A DNA stretch of 64,000 bases from a virus: IMG/VR virus record IMGVR_UViG_3300005676_000004. One strand, 5' to 3'. Of this stretch, positions 43,596 through 52,794 are shown one piece after another. The notes under the pieces are model-generated. The model did no database searches, was not told the DNA's origin, and saw only the letters and a program-made list of their open reading frames with translations. Position numbers and translations under genes: made by a program. Within the stretch, counting starts at the first letter, position 1, and every line of letters starts with the position of its first letter.

Positions 43596-45404
43596 ATGAG
43601 TTTAAAATCTGAAGACATATTGCAGCAGATGAAGGATGAGATTGCAGATGTTAACGTGTGGGTATCAAAAGACGGCGAAGTATTTGAGATGTCTGAACTT
43701 TCGAGTTTACGATTAGACCAGTTAATAGTAATCTTACGGAAGAATATTGAGAAGCGGGGAACTGCCGCGTGTTACGGTCAGGCGCACAAGTTAGAAAGTC
43801 TTCAACGTTGGAGAGCAATACGTGATCAGTCTGATAATGACATTAACGTTGATTCTAAGGTTGAAAGTAAGTATACCGTAGTTCTTCAGACAGATTTACA
43901 GAATTGGAACGAAAAAGATTTACGTAAAATTGTAGATGGAAATGCTACGGTTCGTCTTAGCTCTAACATGTCTGCAAATACATCATACTTCATTCCCGTA
44001 ATTGAACCTACAGCTCCCGATACTACACTTTTTACAGTGGCTGATGCGTCGGGGGTTAGTTCATTCTTATACCGACATGTCGCACTCAAAGTCGCTGAAA
44101 ATTTTCAGGAGATAGCTAATGCCGTGCTGGAGGAGAAGACTGGAATACGAAAGAAGATGGATAGCCCATTCCCAGGTAAGGAAGGTTTGGGAGAGCTTAC
44201 GAATCTGCCATTTTACGAAAGGTTAACACGTCTTCTGAGTATAGAGGACGCACTAACTGTATTGCTAGCGTATCGCCACAGATATACGCGGCACGTGGCG
44301 TGGAGTTTTGCGAATCCAGCACAGACCATTGGTGCTACGTATGGACTTCCTAACTTTACTCAGGAAGACGAACGTAAAATGTATAATTTCATTTTCAACT
44401 GGTTCGAATCTCATGCTGTAGCTGAAAATAACGTGAAGCGTATCTTTGACGAAGATGGAAATGTGACGGATGACATATTGAGTGCGGTGTTTTATGTAAC
44501 ACAGTCTACGGGCAATCGTGATCCATTGACCAAATCTCTAGCACTGGATTGGTACAGAAGTAATGAAATATTAGCTTCAATGACTACTACTGACGTGTGT
44601 AACAAGATGGATCGAGTTGTTAACGGTAGCGCGGTATGGAAATACAATGACATTACAAGTTGGATACAGGACGGATTTTATTTCAAAACTGGATTGACGT
44701 ATGCACATATACTTTCTTTAAGCGTGTTACCTTTTATAGAAGAGTGTGTAAAAAAACTTCGGTATGCAAATGTGACTGGTGTCCTTGACACAAAAGCAAT
44801 GAAAGAAATAAACATCACGCCTGTCTTTGGAGTAAGCATTGATGATCTTCTACGACTAGAAGCATTCTTTCGAGAGAAGTCTGCCGATTCCACTATATCA
44901 GTTGAAGAATCACAAGTAGATGAATCGTTCCCACTTACAACAGATGACATTCAAGAAATAATAGCGTGTGGATTTATCATCGATCCATCCGGCGTATTCA
45001 ACGAAGGTGACAGCGGCAGAGAATTTGAACTTGTATTCAAGTTTAACTCTGATGTATCAGAGGGGCCGATAGAGCTTAGAGTTCTTCTTGATTTTAATGA
45101 TAACGAGTTCTCATACGTCACATCGGAATCAAGTTACACGAGTAACGACATACAACAATTCATTGAAGTTGTTAACTCGTATCTCAAGAATATGAGTCTA
45201 GTCCATGGGCTGAAAAATTCGAACAGTTATTATCGTCCGTTTACCAATAACAAACATTCAGTTGCGGACAAACCATCTCGTACATCAACTACAGGTGACA
45301 CGTCCGATTCTGATCCATATTTTGAATCGTCCAAAAGACCATCTGGACTAGAGTTTCAAGCGGTCATGAGTTCCATCAACACGGTTATGAATTCCATCAT
45401 ATGA
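43596..45404 (+). CDS. large hypothetical protein (602 aa)
   Basis: Long ORF, AAGGA RBS; no motif recognised. Confidence 0.8.
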   Translation: MSLKSEDILQQMKDEIADVNVWVSKDGEVFEMSELSSLRLDQLIVILRKNIEKRGTAACYGQAHKLESLQRWRAIRDQSDNDINVDSKVESKYTVVLQTDLQNWNEKDLRKIVDGNATVRLSSNMSANTSYFIPVIEPTAPDTTLFTVADASGVSSFLYRHVALKVAENFQEIANAVLEEKTGIRKKMDSPFPGKEGLGELTNLPFYERLTRLLSIEDALTVLLAYRHRYTRHVAWSFANPAQTIGATYGLPNFTQEDERKMYNFIFNWFESHAVAENNVKRIFDEDGNVTDDILSAVFYVTQSTGNRDPLTKSLALDWYRSNEILASMTTTDVCNKMDRVVNGSAVWKYNDITSWIQDGFYFKTGLTYAHILSLSVLPFIEECVKKLRYANVTGVLDTKAMKEINITPVFGVSIDDLLRLEAFFREKSADSTISVEESQVDESFPLTTDDIQEIIACGFIIDPSGVFNEGDSGREFELVFKFNSDVSEGPIELRVLLDFNDNEFSYVTSESSYTSNDIQQFIEVVNSYLKNMSLVHGLKNSNSYYRPFTNNKHSVADKPSRTSTTGDTSDSDPYFESSKRPSGLEFQAVMSSINTVMNSII

Positions 45405-45444
45405 GTTCCACCAACAATTTCACCACTAGCTTCTGAAAGGATTA

Positions 45445-45672
45445 ATGTATATGTGCTTAACAATGTTTATAATCGCCGCATTAGTAGTGTATCTAGTATT
45501 CAAAGAACGATCCTGGATAGCTGAGAAGTTATCAAGTGGTAAGGATACCTCAACCCCAAACAGCATACAAGTAGATGCTCCAACGGGAACAGTATATGCT
45601 GGTAGAATGCAAGAAGACTTAGACGAAAATCACACATCAATCACGCTAGTATTTGAAAGAGTTCAAAAATGA
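45445..45672 (+). CDS. small protein with N-terminal TM anchor
   Basis: MFIIAALVVYLVF. Confidence 0.55.
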   Translation: MYMCLTMFIIAALVVYLVFKERSWIAEKLSSGKDTSTPNSIQVDAPTGTVYAGRMQEDLDENHTSITLVFERVQK

Positions 45673-46721
45673 AGCCAAACATCCAATATGGCAAGTCACC
45701 CGTAACGATTAAACGAATTCTTAATAAGAAATTACATGATTGGATTTCGTCTATTACGGATAGAGAAGTAGCTAGTATTGCAAAGGATAACGCAATAGTT
45801 ACGGGTGGTGCAATAGCGTCATTATTACTTGGAGAAACTGTAAACGATTATGATATCTACTTCAAGACAAAAGATGCCGCTAATGTTATTGCTCAGTACT
45901 ATGCTTCGCAGTATCAAAAACTACAAGATGAAGCAAATGGGGTAAGTGAGTCGGATACACCGAATGAGGAGAAGATACCATACATAGACGTTATCGTAGG
46001 GGAAGATCGAGTCACCTTCTTCAATAGGTCTGTCCGGTATACTGGAGACTTGAAGAAACTACCAAAATATTCTCCGATATTTTTTAGTCAGAATGCTATC
46101 ACCTTGACGGATGCAGTTCAAATCATTACTAGGTTTTACGGGGACGTGACTGAGATTCATAAAAATTTTGATTTTGTACATGCAACATGTTCGTTTGACT
46201 ACAAAACCAACACGCTACATACTCCAGTTGAAGCGTTACAATCTCTCCTCAGTAGGAATCTAAGTTATTGCGGCTCACTCTATCCAGTGGCTAGTATCTT
46301 TAGGATGAAAAAATTCCTCCAACGAGGTTGGCGTATTAACGCTGGTCAGCAGTTGAAGATTATGATGCAAATTAATTCTCTCGACTTAAAAAACCTTGAC
46401 GTCTTTAAAGAGCAAATGACTGGCGTTGACATAAGTCTTCTTAACGCCATAGTTATGGCAGTTGAAAAAGAACAACTTAAACACGAAGAAGCAGAATCTT
46501 ATCGGGTCTCATTTGATTATGTTTCGACACTAATTGATAGGTTCTTTGGCGATTCGGATGACGATGCGGATGTTGAACATAGTGAAGAAAATGCTTTGTT
46601 TGCTATTTCCCACACCGATGTTGCGGGGGCTATTGACCTCCGCAACATTAAAGATACTACTGACCAAGGTGACGCCGAGAATGATAGCGATGATGATGAC
46701 GTTGATACGTTTAACTGGTAA
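45669..46721 (+). CDS. class II nucleotidyltransferase-like protein (CCA/polyA polymerase head)
   Basis: VTGGAIASLLLG..NDYDIYF (GG..DxD) and NFDFVHA at the RRDFT position; R..KFLQRGW. Confidence 0.65.
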   Translation: MKPNIQYGKSPVTIKRILNKKLHDWISSITDREVASIAKDNAIVTGGAIASLLLGETVNDYDIYFKTKDAANVIAQYYASQYQKLQDEANGVSESDTPNEEKIPYIDVIVGEDRVTFFNRSVRYTGDLKKLPKYSPIFFSQNAITLTDAVQIITRFYGDVTEIHKNFDFVHATCSFDYKTNTLHTPVEALQSLLSRNLSYCGSLYPVASIFRMKKFLQRGWRINAGQQLKIMMQINSLDLKNLDVFKEQMTGVDISLLNAIVMAVEKEQLKHEEAESYRVSFDYVSTLIDRFFGDSDDDADVEHSEENALFAISHTDVAGAIDLRNIKDTTDQGDAENDSDDDDVDTFNW

Positions 46722-46732
46722 GGTGTACGCAC

Positions 46733-46966
46733 ATGATGCCTGAAAGTTTGACGTCTGAGTTAGTTTCTGCGTTAGATACGCACGAGACACTGTATGCTGT
46801 CTACGATGGGGCTGGTCAATTAGTCTTTTATCGCGGCAAATCTACCTTCACTAGTGAGCAAGAAGTTGACCGTGCTATTGAATTTATATCAAATGTCAGT
46901 GGCGTTAGCTTGGCGTATCCACCACCATTTTCAGTTATAGCATACCAATTACACAAGAAGGTGTAA
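46733..46966 (+). CDS. hypothetical protein
   Basis: 77 aa ORF. Confidence 0.55.
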   Translation: MMPESLTSELVSALDTHETLYAVYDGAGQLVFYRGKSTFTSEQEVDRAIEFISNVSGVSLAYPPPFSVIAYQLHKKV

Positions 46967-47051
46967 TGTGTTGAATACGTAAAATTACCTATTCAAACTG
47001 TGAGTTAACTAGCGTAGATTGCACAACATTCTACATCAAGCACTAAACGCA

Positions 47052-48122
47052 ATGTCCACTCAGCACATACCTCAAATCTCATTAGACCATCTCCGTTCGC
47101 TAGAGCTAGATGGTCTAATCACGTTACGGCAACACCCCGAACTTGAAATGTTCATTGCAAACTACACACCTAAGGTGCAGTACGAGCGTCTATGGACTCC
47201 AACACTATTGGAATGCCGTGGCTTGATAATTTCAGAGTCGGGCGAAATTTTGGCTAGACCATTCCCAAAGTTTTTTAACGTTGGAGAACTTGAAGGTTTA
47301 TCAATATCAATTCCAGACTCGGAGTTTGAAGTGTACGAAAAGGTGGACGGGTCTCTAGGCATTTTGTATTGGGATGGTGATACACCTAAGATAGCAACAC
47401 GAGGATCGTTTACGTCAGATCAAGCAATTGAAGCAACTCGGATGTTATCTCAATACGATCTAACACCATGCTACGCGAATCGGGATAAAACATTTCTCTT
47501 TGAAATTGTGTATCCTGAAAATCGCGTGGTTGTCAACTATGGAGACTTACGACACCTAGTATTTCTAGGGTGCAGGACTCTTGATGGGAATGATGTAACC
47601 GACTGGAGAAACCTATGTCCAGGTGGGATGATTTCGGCCACTATCTATGACTATGCAGACTGGCGAACTATTCCCACCAATCTTACGCATGGCGAAGGTT
47701 TCGTAATTAAGTTTTCTAATGGCTTTCGAATGAAGATCAAGATGGAGGATTATTTACGAATCCATTATGTACGTTCACAGCTAACTGATACCGCAGTCTG
47801 GAATAATTTATCAACGGGAGTATCTCTTTCGTTGCTAGACATTCCCGATGAGTTCGCAGATTGGTATCGTACAACCGAGACTCGGCTCAAAGAGCAGTAC
47901 GAAGACATTTATCAGCAAGCTGTGTCCTTGTACATGCGTCACCGAGACGCAATTCAGTCTGGTCAGCGAACACGAAAAGACGTCGCCTTAGAACTACTTG
48001 AAAACCACAAATCACTAGCGTCAATTGTCTTCAGAATGTTGGATGAAAAGTCTTATGCTGATCAAATTTGGTCAATGATTAAACCGTCAAATGTGACGAG
48101 TTACGGTGAAATATCCGAATAA
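47052..48122 (+). CDS. RNA ligase (T4 Rnl1/RnlA-like)
   Basis: ECRGLI..RPFPKFFN, motif I EKVDGSLG, ATRGSF, FEIV.P.NRVVV.Y, EGFV, RMKIK. Confidence 0.88.
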   Translation: MSTQHIPQISLDHLRSLELDGLITLRQHPELEMFIANYTPKVQYERLWTPTLLECRGLIISESGEILARPFPKFFNVGELEGLSISIPDSEFEVYEKVDGSLGILYWDGDTPKIATRGSFTSDQAIEATRMLSQYDLTPCYANRDKTFLFEIVYPENRVVVNYGDLRHLVFLGCRTLDGNDVTDWRNLCPGGMISATIYDYADWRTIPTNLTHGEGFVIKFSNGFRMKIKMEDYLRIHYVRSQLTDTAVWNNLSTGVSLSLLDIPDEFADWYRTTETRLKEQYEDIYQQAVSLYMRHRDAIQSGQRTRKDVALELLENHKSLASIVFRMLDEKSYADQIWSMIKPSNVTSYGEISE

Positions 48123-48159
48123 CTCGTCATTATTGACGACTAACTTGAAGGCGTCTACT

Positions 48160-48408
48160 ATGCAAAAAATTCAGAGAACTATACGACACGTATTTCCGAC
48201 GGAATTGCATGTTGGATTAAGTGTCATGTATATACCGAATTACGCAATAGGGATTGACGACCATCCCGATGTGGAGCATGGCTTTATATCAAGCGTCAAT
48301 ACTACCGAGCATGGTACAGTAGTCTTCGTACGATACATTCGTCGCGATGGCAAACTTGGAGCGACTGGTAAAGCCACGCCTATCGAAAATCTATTTACAT
48401 TTGCATAA
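48160..48408 (+). CDS. hypothetical protein
   Basis: V.YIP..HPD.EHG.ISS..VFVRY. Confidence 0.6.
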   Translation: MQKIQRTIRHVFPTELHVGLSVMYIPNYAIGIDDHPDVEHGFISSVNTTEHGTVVFVRYIRRDGKLGATGKATPIENLFTFA

Positions 48409-48435
48409 GTGTAACCTTTTTCGTAGGTTTGCGTA
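48401..48435 (+). promoter_or_regulatory. overlapping sigma70/Bacteroidota-type and ECF-type promoters
   Basis: TTGCAT-N17-TAGGTT (full TTTG-N20-TAGGTTTG) and G-TGTAAC-N16-CGTA at 48409-48435. Confidence 0.6.
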
Positions 48436-48473
48436 TGAGCATGGAAACTGAAACTACTTTCACAGGAGACATC

Positions 48474-49079
48474 ATGGGCTGGCACGGATCACAAATGGGA
48501 TTGCATCAGTCAAAACTTGAGTTTGTTCTGGAGATGGGAAGACCAGCCGAGGGAGTTTCTATCGTGGACTATGCTCAACGAGGCCACACATTCTACATCG
48601 CGTACAAACGTGCAGATACAGGACGTGTGACAGCATGTGTGGCTCTGCTAAAAACGACTAAGGACGGGTGGGGCTACGTAAAATTTATAGATGAAGAATG
48701 CGGCCCACTCCACTACGATTGCCCCAAACGCATCCTAGACAAACTTAGCCCAACTACACACGAATATGCTCTGGAATGGCGTAAGAAGTGTCACGCTCAG
48801 CGAGGCGAAGCTGCGGCTCAACGTAATGGGAAGACAAACTTTGTACCAGAGTCTGTTATCACGTTAGAACAGCCGATTGCGTTCGTGTTACGTGGTAAAA
48901 ATGTGCTAGTACGACAGTTCCAGATACCAGCCGATTTTGAACCACGGAAACCTCGATTCATAGCAATTCCAGACGACACCGATCACCCCCCATTCCGTTG
49001 TAGGTTGTCCCATTGGGCACTTCGAAAACTTCGTACCAACGGAACTGTACGAAGTTCTCTGAACGTAGAAACGGCTTAA
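48474..49079 (+). CDS. DUF6927-like protein
   Basis: MGW start after GGAG; GYVKF.DE.CGP.HYDCP..ILD.LSPT..YALEWR.KC. Confidence 0.65.
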   Translation: MGWHGSQMGLHQSKLEFVLEMGRPAEGVSIVDYAQRGHTFYIAYKRADTGRVTACVALLKTTKDGWGYVKFIDEECGPLHYDCPKRILDKLSPTTHEYALEWRKKCHAQRGEAAAQRNGKTNFVPESVITLEQPIAFVLRGKNVLVRQFQIPADFEPRKPRFIAIPDDTDHPPFRCRLSHWALRKLRTNGTVRSSLNVETA

Positions 49080-49139
49080 TAAAATCTTTTCATGACGGTA
49101 ACGTATCTACCAACAAAAATCAATAAACAAGGAACTTGC

Positions 49140-49841
49140 ATGAGTCATTGCATAAAGGCTACCATCATAACAAAATCTGAGGCGGATGCTCTTCTGAGAA
49201 AAACTGAGAGTTTAGAGCACGATACTTCACTGACTGATGATGAATTTGACGAAAAGCTAGAGGTGAGGCGTGACGCCATACTTAAAACATTTGAGGACTC
49301 ACTGTCTATTTTTAGAATTTCAGCGTTTGACAAGCTACGGCGTCTTCTGTTCTACAACCTAATCGGCGCACAGCATTTTAACGGTGGAGTCAGTGGTAAT
49401 GGTGGTGTTGGACAGTTCCCGATAAAAGAACTACGCTCGTCTATTCAAAAGGCAACGTTCTTTTATGATGACACTGAAACACTCAAGAGCGCACCGTATC
49501 TGTTTGAAGAGAGTTCGCTAATCAACGAGGACTCCAAGTCAGTTCTTCGGTTTTTGGCTGAACGTTTGGATGACGTACTTCGTCAAGGGGGATTTGACCT
49601 CAACGATGTTATAATGTATGAAGTTTCTTCAAGTGGCACACCAAGTAATTCCGATAGCATTACTCACACGTGGTCTGGATCATTAGAGGATGCACTCAGT
49701 GTAGCATTCTATCCCGAGCAACTAGATGATTTTATTAACGCCGCACGTGAACACCTAGCGGACATTATCTTGTTCTTACAAACAATAGTCGATAACTATG
49801 ACGATAACAACGATGATGTAATTGTGTTGTATTTTGGTTGA
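49140..49841 (+). CDS. hypothetical protein
   Basis: AAGGA RBS before MSHCIK. Confidence 0.7.
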   Translation: MSHCIKATIITKSEADALLRKTESLEHDTSLTDDEFDEKLEVRRDAILKTFEDSLSIFRISAFDKLRRLLFYNLIGAQHFNGGVSGNGGVGQFPIKELRSSIQKATFFYDDTETLKSAPYLFEESSLINEDSKSVLRFLAERLDDVLRQGGFDLNDVIMYEVSSSGTPSNSDSITHTWSGSLEDALSVAFYPEQLDDFINAAREHLADIILFLQTIVDNYDDNNDDVIVLYFG

Positions 49842-49868
49842 AATCAACAACTTACATGAATTTGGAGA

Positions 49869-49875
49869 TATTTAT
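49869..49875 (+). promoter_or_regulatory. candidate late promoter TATTTAT
   Basis: Intergenic, upstream of the lysozyme-like gene. Confidence 0.45.
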
Positions 49876-49969
49876 AAGTAAGGTCGGTATAATAAGTGTT
49901 CCAAGTAACACCTTCTGCAACAGCAGAAAAGAATGTAAAACATTTATGTAAAACCAACGTGAGAGTTCA

Positions 49970-50464
49970 ATGAAAACAAAGTCTAAGGTTGGCGTCACTA
50001 TGATGATCGTCTGCTGCGTAATGCTTGCATTAGCGTTTGCAACGCCATCATTAAATCGTAATGACGTCATGAAAGATGTGTTGTATTCGTCAATATCCTG
50101 GGTTGAATCTAAGGGTAAACCGAATGCAAAGTCGAGAGATGGTTCAGTAGGTATCGTTCAAATAAAACCAGTAATGGTAGCAGAGGTTAATCGAATCTGT
50201 AAAATACGAAACCTTGATAAGAAATTTACACTCAAGGATCGCCTTGATCCTGAAAAGTCCAAGGAGATGTTCTGGATTTTTCACGAGTTCTATGATGATG
50301 ACATTAATTGGGACTCGCTGTCAACAGCAGACCTTGAAACGTTAGCCCGAAGATGGAACGGCGGTCCAATAGGACACCGAAAACGTTCAACGAAAAAATA
50401 CTGGAAACGAGTACTAAATCGAATTAACTTGGAGATGGAGACTCGTAATTTTAGCGAACTGTAA
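49970..50464 (+). CDS. lysozyme-like / lytic transglycosylase with N-terminal signal or anchor
   Basis: WVES.G..NA..GSVG.VQI.P...LARRWNGGP.G..K..T..YW. Confidence 0.8.
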   Translation: MKTKSKVGVTMMIVCCVMLALAFATPSLNRNDVMKDVLYSSISWVESKGKPNAKSRDGSVGIVQIKPVMVAEVNRICKIRNLDKKFTLKDRLDPEKSKEMFWIFHEFYDDDINWDSLSTADLETLARRWNGGPIGHRKRSTKKYWKRVLNRINLEMETRNFSEL

Positions 50465-50471
50465 GACAATC

Positions 50472-50519
50472 TAGGTGGTGAAGGCACATTATACTGACCA
50501 ACTTTGCCTTCACCACCTA
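50472..50519 (+). terminator. hairpin terminator
   Basis: TAGGTGGTGAAGGCA / TGCCTTCACCACCTA 15-bp perfect stem. Confidence 0.7.
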
Positions 50520-50568
50520 TTATTATAAGTTTTGCCTATATTTATCGTAAGAAAGTCATTGGAAAAAT

Positions 50569-50844
50569 TTGCTTTTGGAGAAGTTATTGATTATATTGGA
50601 ATACATAACCATGTTCATATTTGTCCTCCTGTTTGCATGGATTACGCGAAGTGAGATAGAATCGTATGAACACCGAGAAAATGAAATTGATGCGCTGAAG
50701 ACAATTATGCATACATCACTAGCACACAACCCGAAGATTATCTCGCTCGTACATGACATTGCTCAGAACGGGATTGAAAGTGGAATTTCAGACTATGCCG
50801 AGATAGTTCAATTAACAGAAAACTCTACTACTAACAGAAAGTGA
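50569..50844 (+). CDS. membrane protein (holin- or spanin-like possible)
   Basis: N-terminal TM; next to the lysozyme-like gene; TATTTAT at 50539. Confidence 0.5.
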   Translation: MLLEKLLIILEYITMFIFVLLFAWITRSEIESYEHRENEIDALKTIMHTSLAHNPKIISLVHDIAQNGIESGISDYAEIVQLTENSTTNRK

Positions 50845-50850
50845 TGTATT

Positions 50851-51282
50851 ATGGAACTTCATAATAAATCTAAGAATTTCCAAGAAAAACTAGTTTCGCT
50901 GTTGGAGTTCCTTCATATAAATCCGGTAGGAACCCGAGATGAAGCTATGAACAGTCATAATAAAGAAGAGTTCATTAACAAGTTTCTACACATCTACACC
51001 CAGCATTCAATGGCCGATCATATCATAAATGAAATTGATAAAATGTTCAAAGAATCAGAGACAGAAGATGCTGACTACTATTTAGAAGATTTAGCTGGGG
51101 AAGAAGATGAAGACGCACCATACGATATATCCATTGAAGTTTTGATTTCGCAGATTTCGTCACATCTGTATGCGATGAACAAAGAGAGTAATTTCACTCC
51201 GACAGGATTCTCAATCAACACTAATGCGAACGGGGTAGTTGAAATTCGCATTCTACCCGAAGACCATGGCAACGATAAATGA
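50851..51282 (+). CDS. acidic hypothetical protein
   Basis: 143 aa ORF. Confidence 0.65.
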   Translation: MELHNKSKNFQEKLVSLLEFLHINPVGTRDEAMNSHNKEEFINKFLHIYTQHSMADHIINEIDKMFKESETEDADYYLEDLAGEEDEDAPYDISIEVLISQISSHLYAMNKESNFTPTGFSINTNANGVVEIRILPEDHGNDK

Positions 51283-51589
51283 TTATATGGATTGGGTAAT
51301 CCAACTAGAAAGTAATCTTAACGAGATAGGAATTGAATTTTCACAATATGACGAGTTCTACATCAATCAAGCAATTTTGTTCATCGAGGGTATAGTTAAA
51401 GAACAAAACTTTGACAACCACGCCTCAATAACAGAGACGCTACTTGATGAATATTTACAGAATGCTTTGCATCTACACGCACACGATCAGAAAATGATAA
51501 ATTATTACACAACGTTATCGGAATATTTACGACGACGATTTACTCCAAAACGCTTGGAGTCTCATAAGAGAAATCGCAAAAGACGGTAA
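51266..51589 (+). CDS. hypothetical protein
   Basis: Start refined to MATIND. Confidence 0.6.
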   Translation: MATINDYMDWVIQLESNLNEIGIEFSQYDEFYINQAILFIEGIVKEQNFDNHASITETLLDEYLQNALHLHAHDQKMINYYTTLSEYLRRRFTPKRLESHKRNRKRR

Positions 51590-51629
51590 TGTTTATTTTT
51601 TGGTATTGCAATAATGGTAAGGTATACAG

Positions 51630-51851
51630 ATGGGTAAGGATTATCGCCACAAGGCGAAGAATCGTTTCCGCCGATATGATGACGACGGATTTGCTGGTAT
51701 GCGTAAGTTGGAGTATTATGATCCATCAAAGGCAAGAAAACAAAACAAGATCAACATATCACAGTTGTCACCACTAGATGAAGAAGACAGTGGATTGTCT
51801 TTCACCGGAGACAACACAACTGATGATAGTGATCAATTAACGATAGACTAA
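51630..51851 (+). CDS. hypothetical protein
   Basis: 73 aa; basic N-terminus, acidic C-terminus. Confidence 0.6.
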   Translation: MGKDYRHKAKNRFRRYDDDGFAGMRKLEYYDPSKARKQNKINISQLSPLDEEDSGLSFTGDNTTDDSDQLTID

Positions 51852-51855
51852 CATT

Positions 51856-52527
51856 ATGGTAAAATTAGTTTCATCAACTAGGCCATCGGAAGACCTAGAG
51901 CGGCGAGGTATTCTAACACCAGAAGACCTTATAGTTCATTGTGCTAGAGTGAGCAATCCCAAAAATCAATTCAACACAGCCACTGGTGATAAACTAATCA
52001 AATATCTGATGGAACATCATCACTGGTCTCCATTTGAGATGGTGTCAATGACAGTTGAAATTCAAACGTCTCGGGCAATCTCAACGCAAATCTTACGGCA
52101 TCGTTCTTTTTCGTTTCAGGAATATAGCCAACGCTATTCGTCCGTAGCTAATGTAGAAGACATCTCAATACGAAAACAAGCCGACAAAAATCGACAAAGC
52201 AGCTCAGAAGAGTTTGATCCTTGGTTGACTTCCTTAGACAAGTCCACCACTGCTGCAACAGCAGAATACATTGAGGCGGGAATGCGTTTGTATGCTGAGA
52301 TGATTGAAGCTGGTGTTGCTAAGGAATGTGCTAGGATGGTTCTTCCGTTAGCATCATCTACGACGTTATACATGAGTGGCACAGTTCGCTCTTGGATTCA
52401 CTACTTACAACTACGGTGCGCCGATGATACTCAGCTTGAGCACCAAGAGATAGCTATACAAATCAGGAATATATTTATAGGTAAATTCCCAATAATATCA
52501 AGTTGTTTATGGAACGAGGCGGAGTAA
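51856..52527 (+). CDS. thyX: flavin-dependent thymidylate synthase
   Basis: ARVS, HWSPFE, QILRHRSFSFQEYSQRY, AKECARMVLP, R.W.HY..LR...TQLEH. Confidence 0.96.
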   Translation: MVKLVSSTRPSEDLERRGILTPEDLIVHCARVSNPKNQFNTATGDKLIKYLMEHHHWSPFEMVSMTVEIQTSRAISTQILRHRSFSFQEYSQRYSSVANVEDISIRKQADKNRQSSSEEFDPWLTSLDKSTTAATAEYIEAGMRLYAEMIEAGVAKECARMVLPLASSTTLYMSGTVRSWIHYLQLRCADDTQLEHQEIAIQIRNIFIGKFPIISSCLWNEAE

Positions 52528-52790
52528 ATAATGCGTCAGGATCATTGCAATCAGAATATAAATTTTTTGAAGAACATGTCTTATTCAATTGGGATATGAT
52601 TCAAGATGATCCACAACATTTTGTTAACAGCAACTCACTTTCTATGTCCGAAAAGCTAGAGCAGTTGTATACACTCCTTATTTACTTTCTTGATCTTGAA
52701 GATTACAAGGCATGTCAAGTCATCAAGAACCAAATTGAAATGGTGAAGGTATCATATCGAAACAAGGACATATCTCAAAAAGGTTTCTAG
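52503..52790 (+). CDS. small protein with a UVR (UvrB/UvrC)-like motif
   Basis: FLDLEDYKACQVIKNQI resembles E.YE.AA.IRD.I; true start uncertain (TTG 52545 or ATG 52596). Confidence 0.5.
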   Translation: MFMERGGVNNASGSLQSEYKFFEEHVLFNWDMIQDDPQHFVNSNSLSMSEKLEQLYTLLIYFLDLEDYKACQVIKNQIEMVKVSYRNKDISQKGF

Positions 52791-52794
52791 AGTT

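Noticed and set aside
44401-44410. tRNA T-loop-like GGTTCGAATC
   Set aside because: Lies within the 602-aa ORF with no acceptor, D or anticodon stems around it
49075-49105. Additional ECF-type promoter before 49140
   Set aside because: CGTA and the T-tract are correctly spaced, but the -35 reads TAAAAT; too degenerate to count
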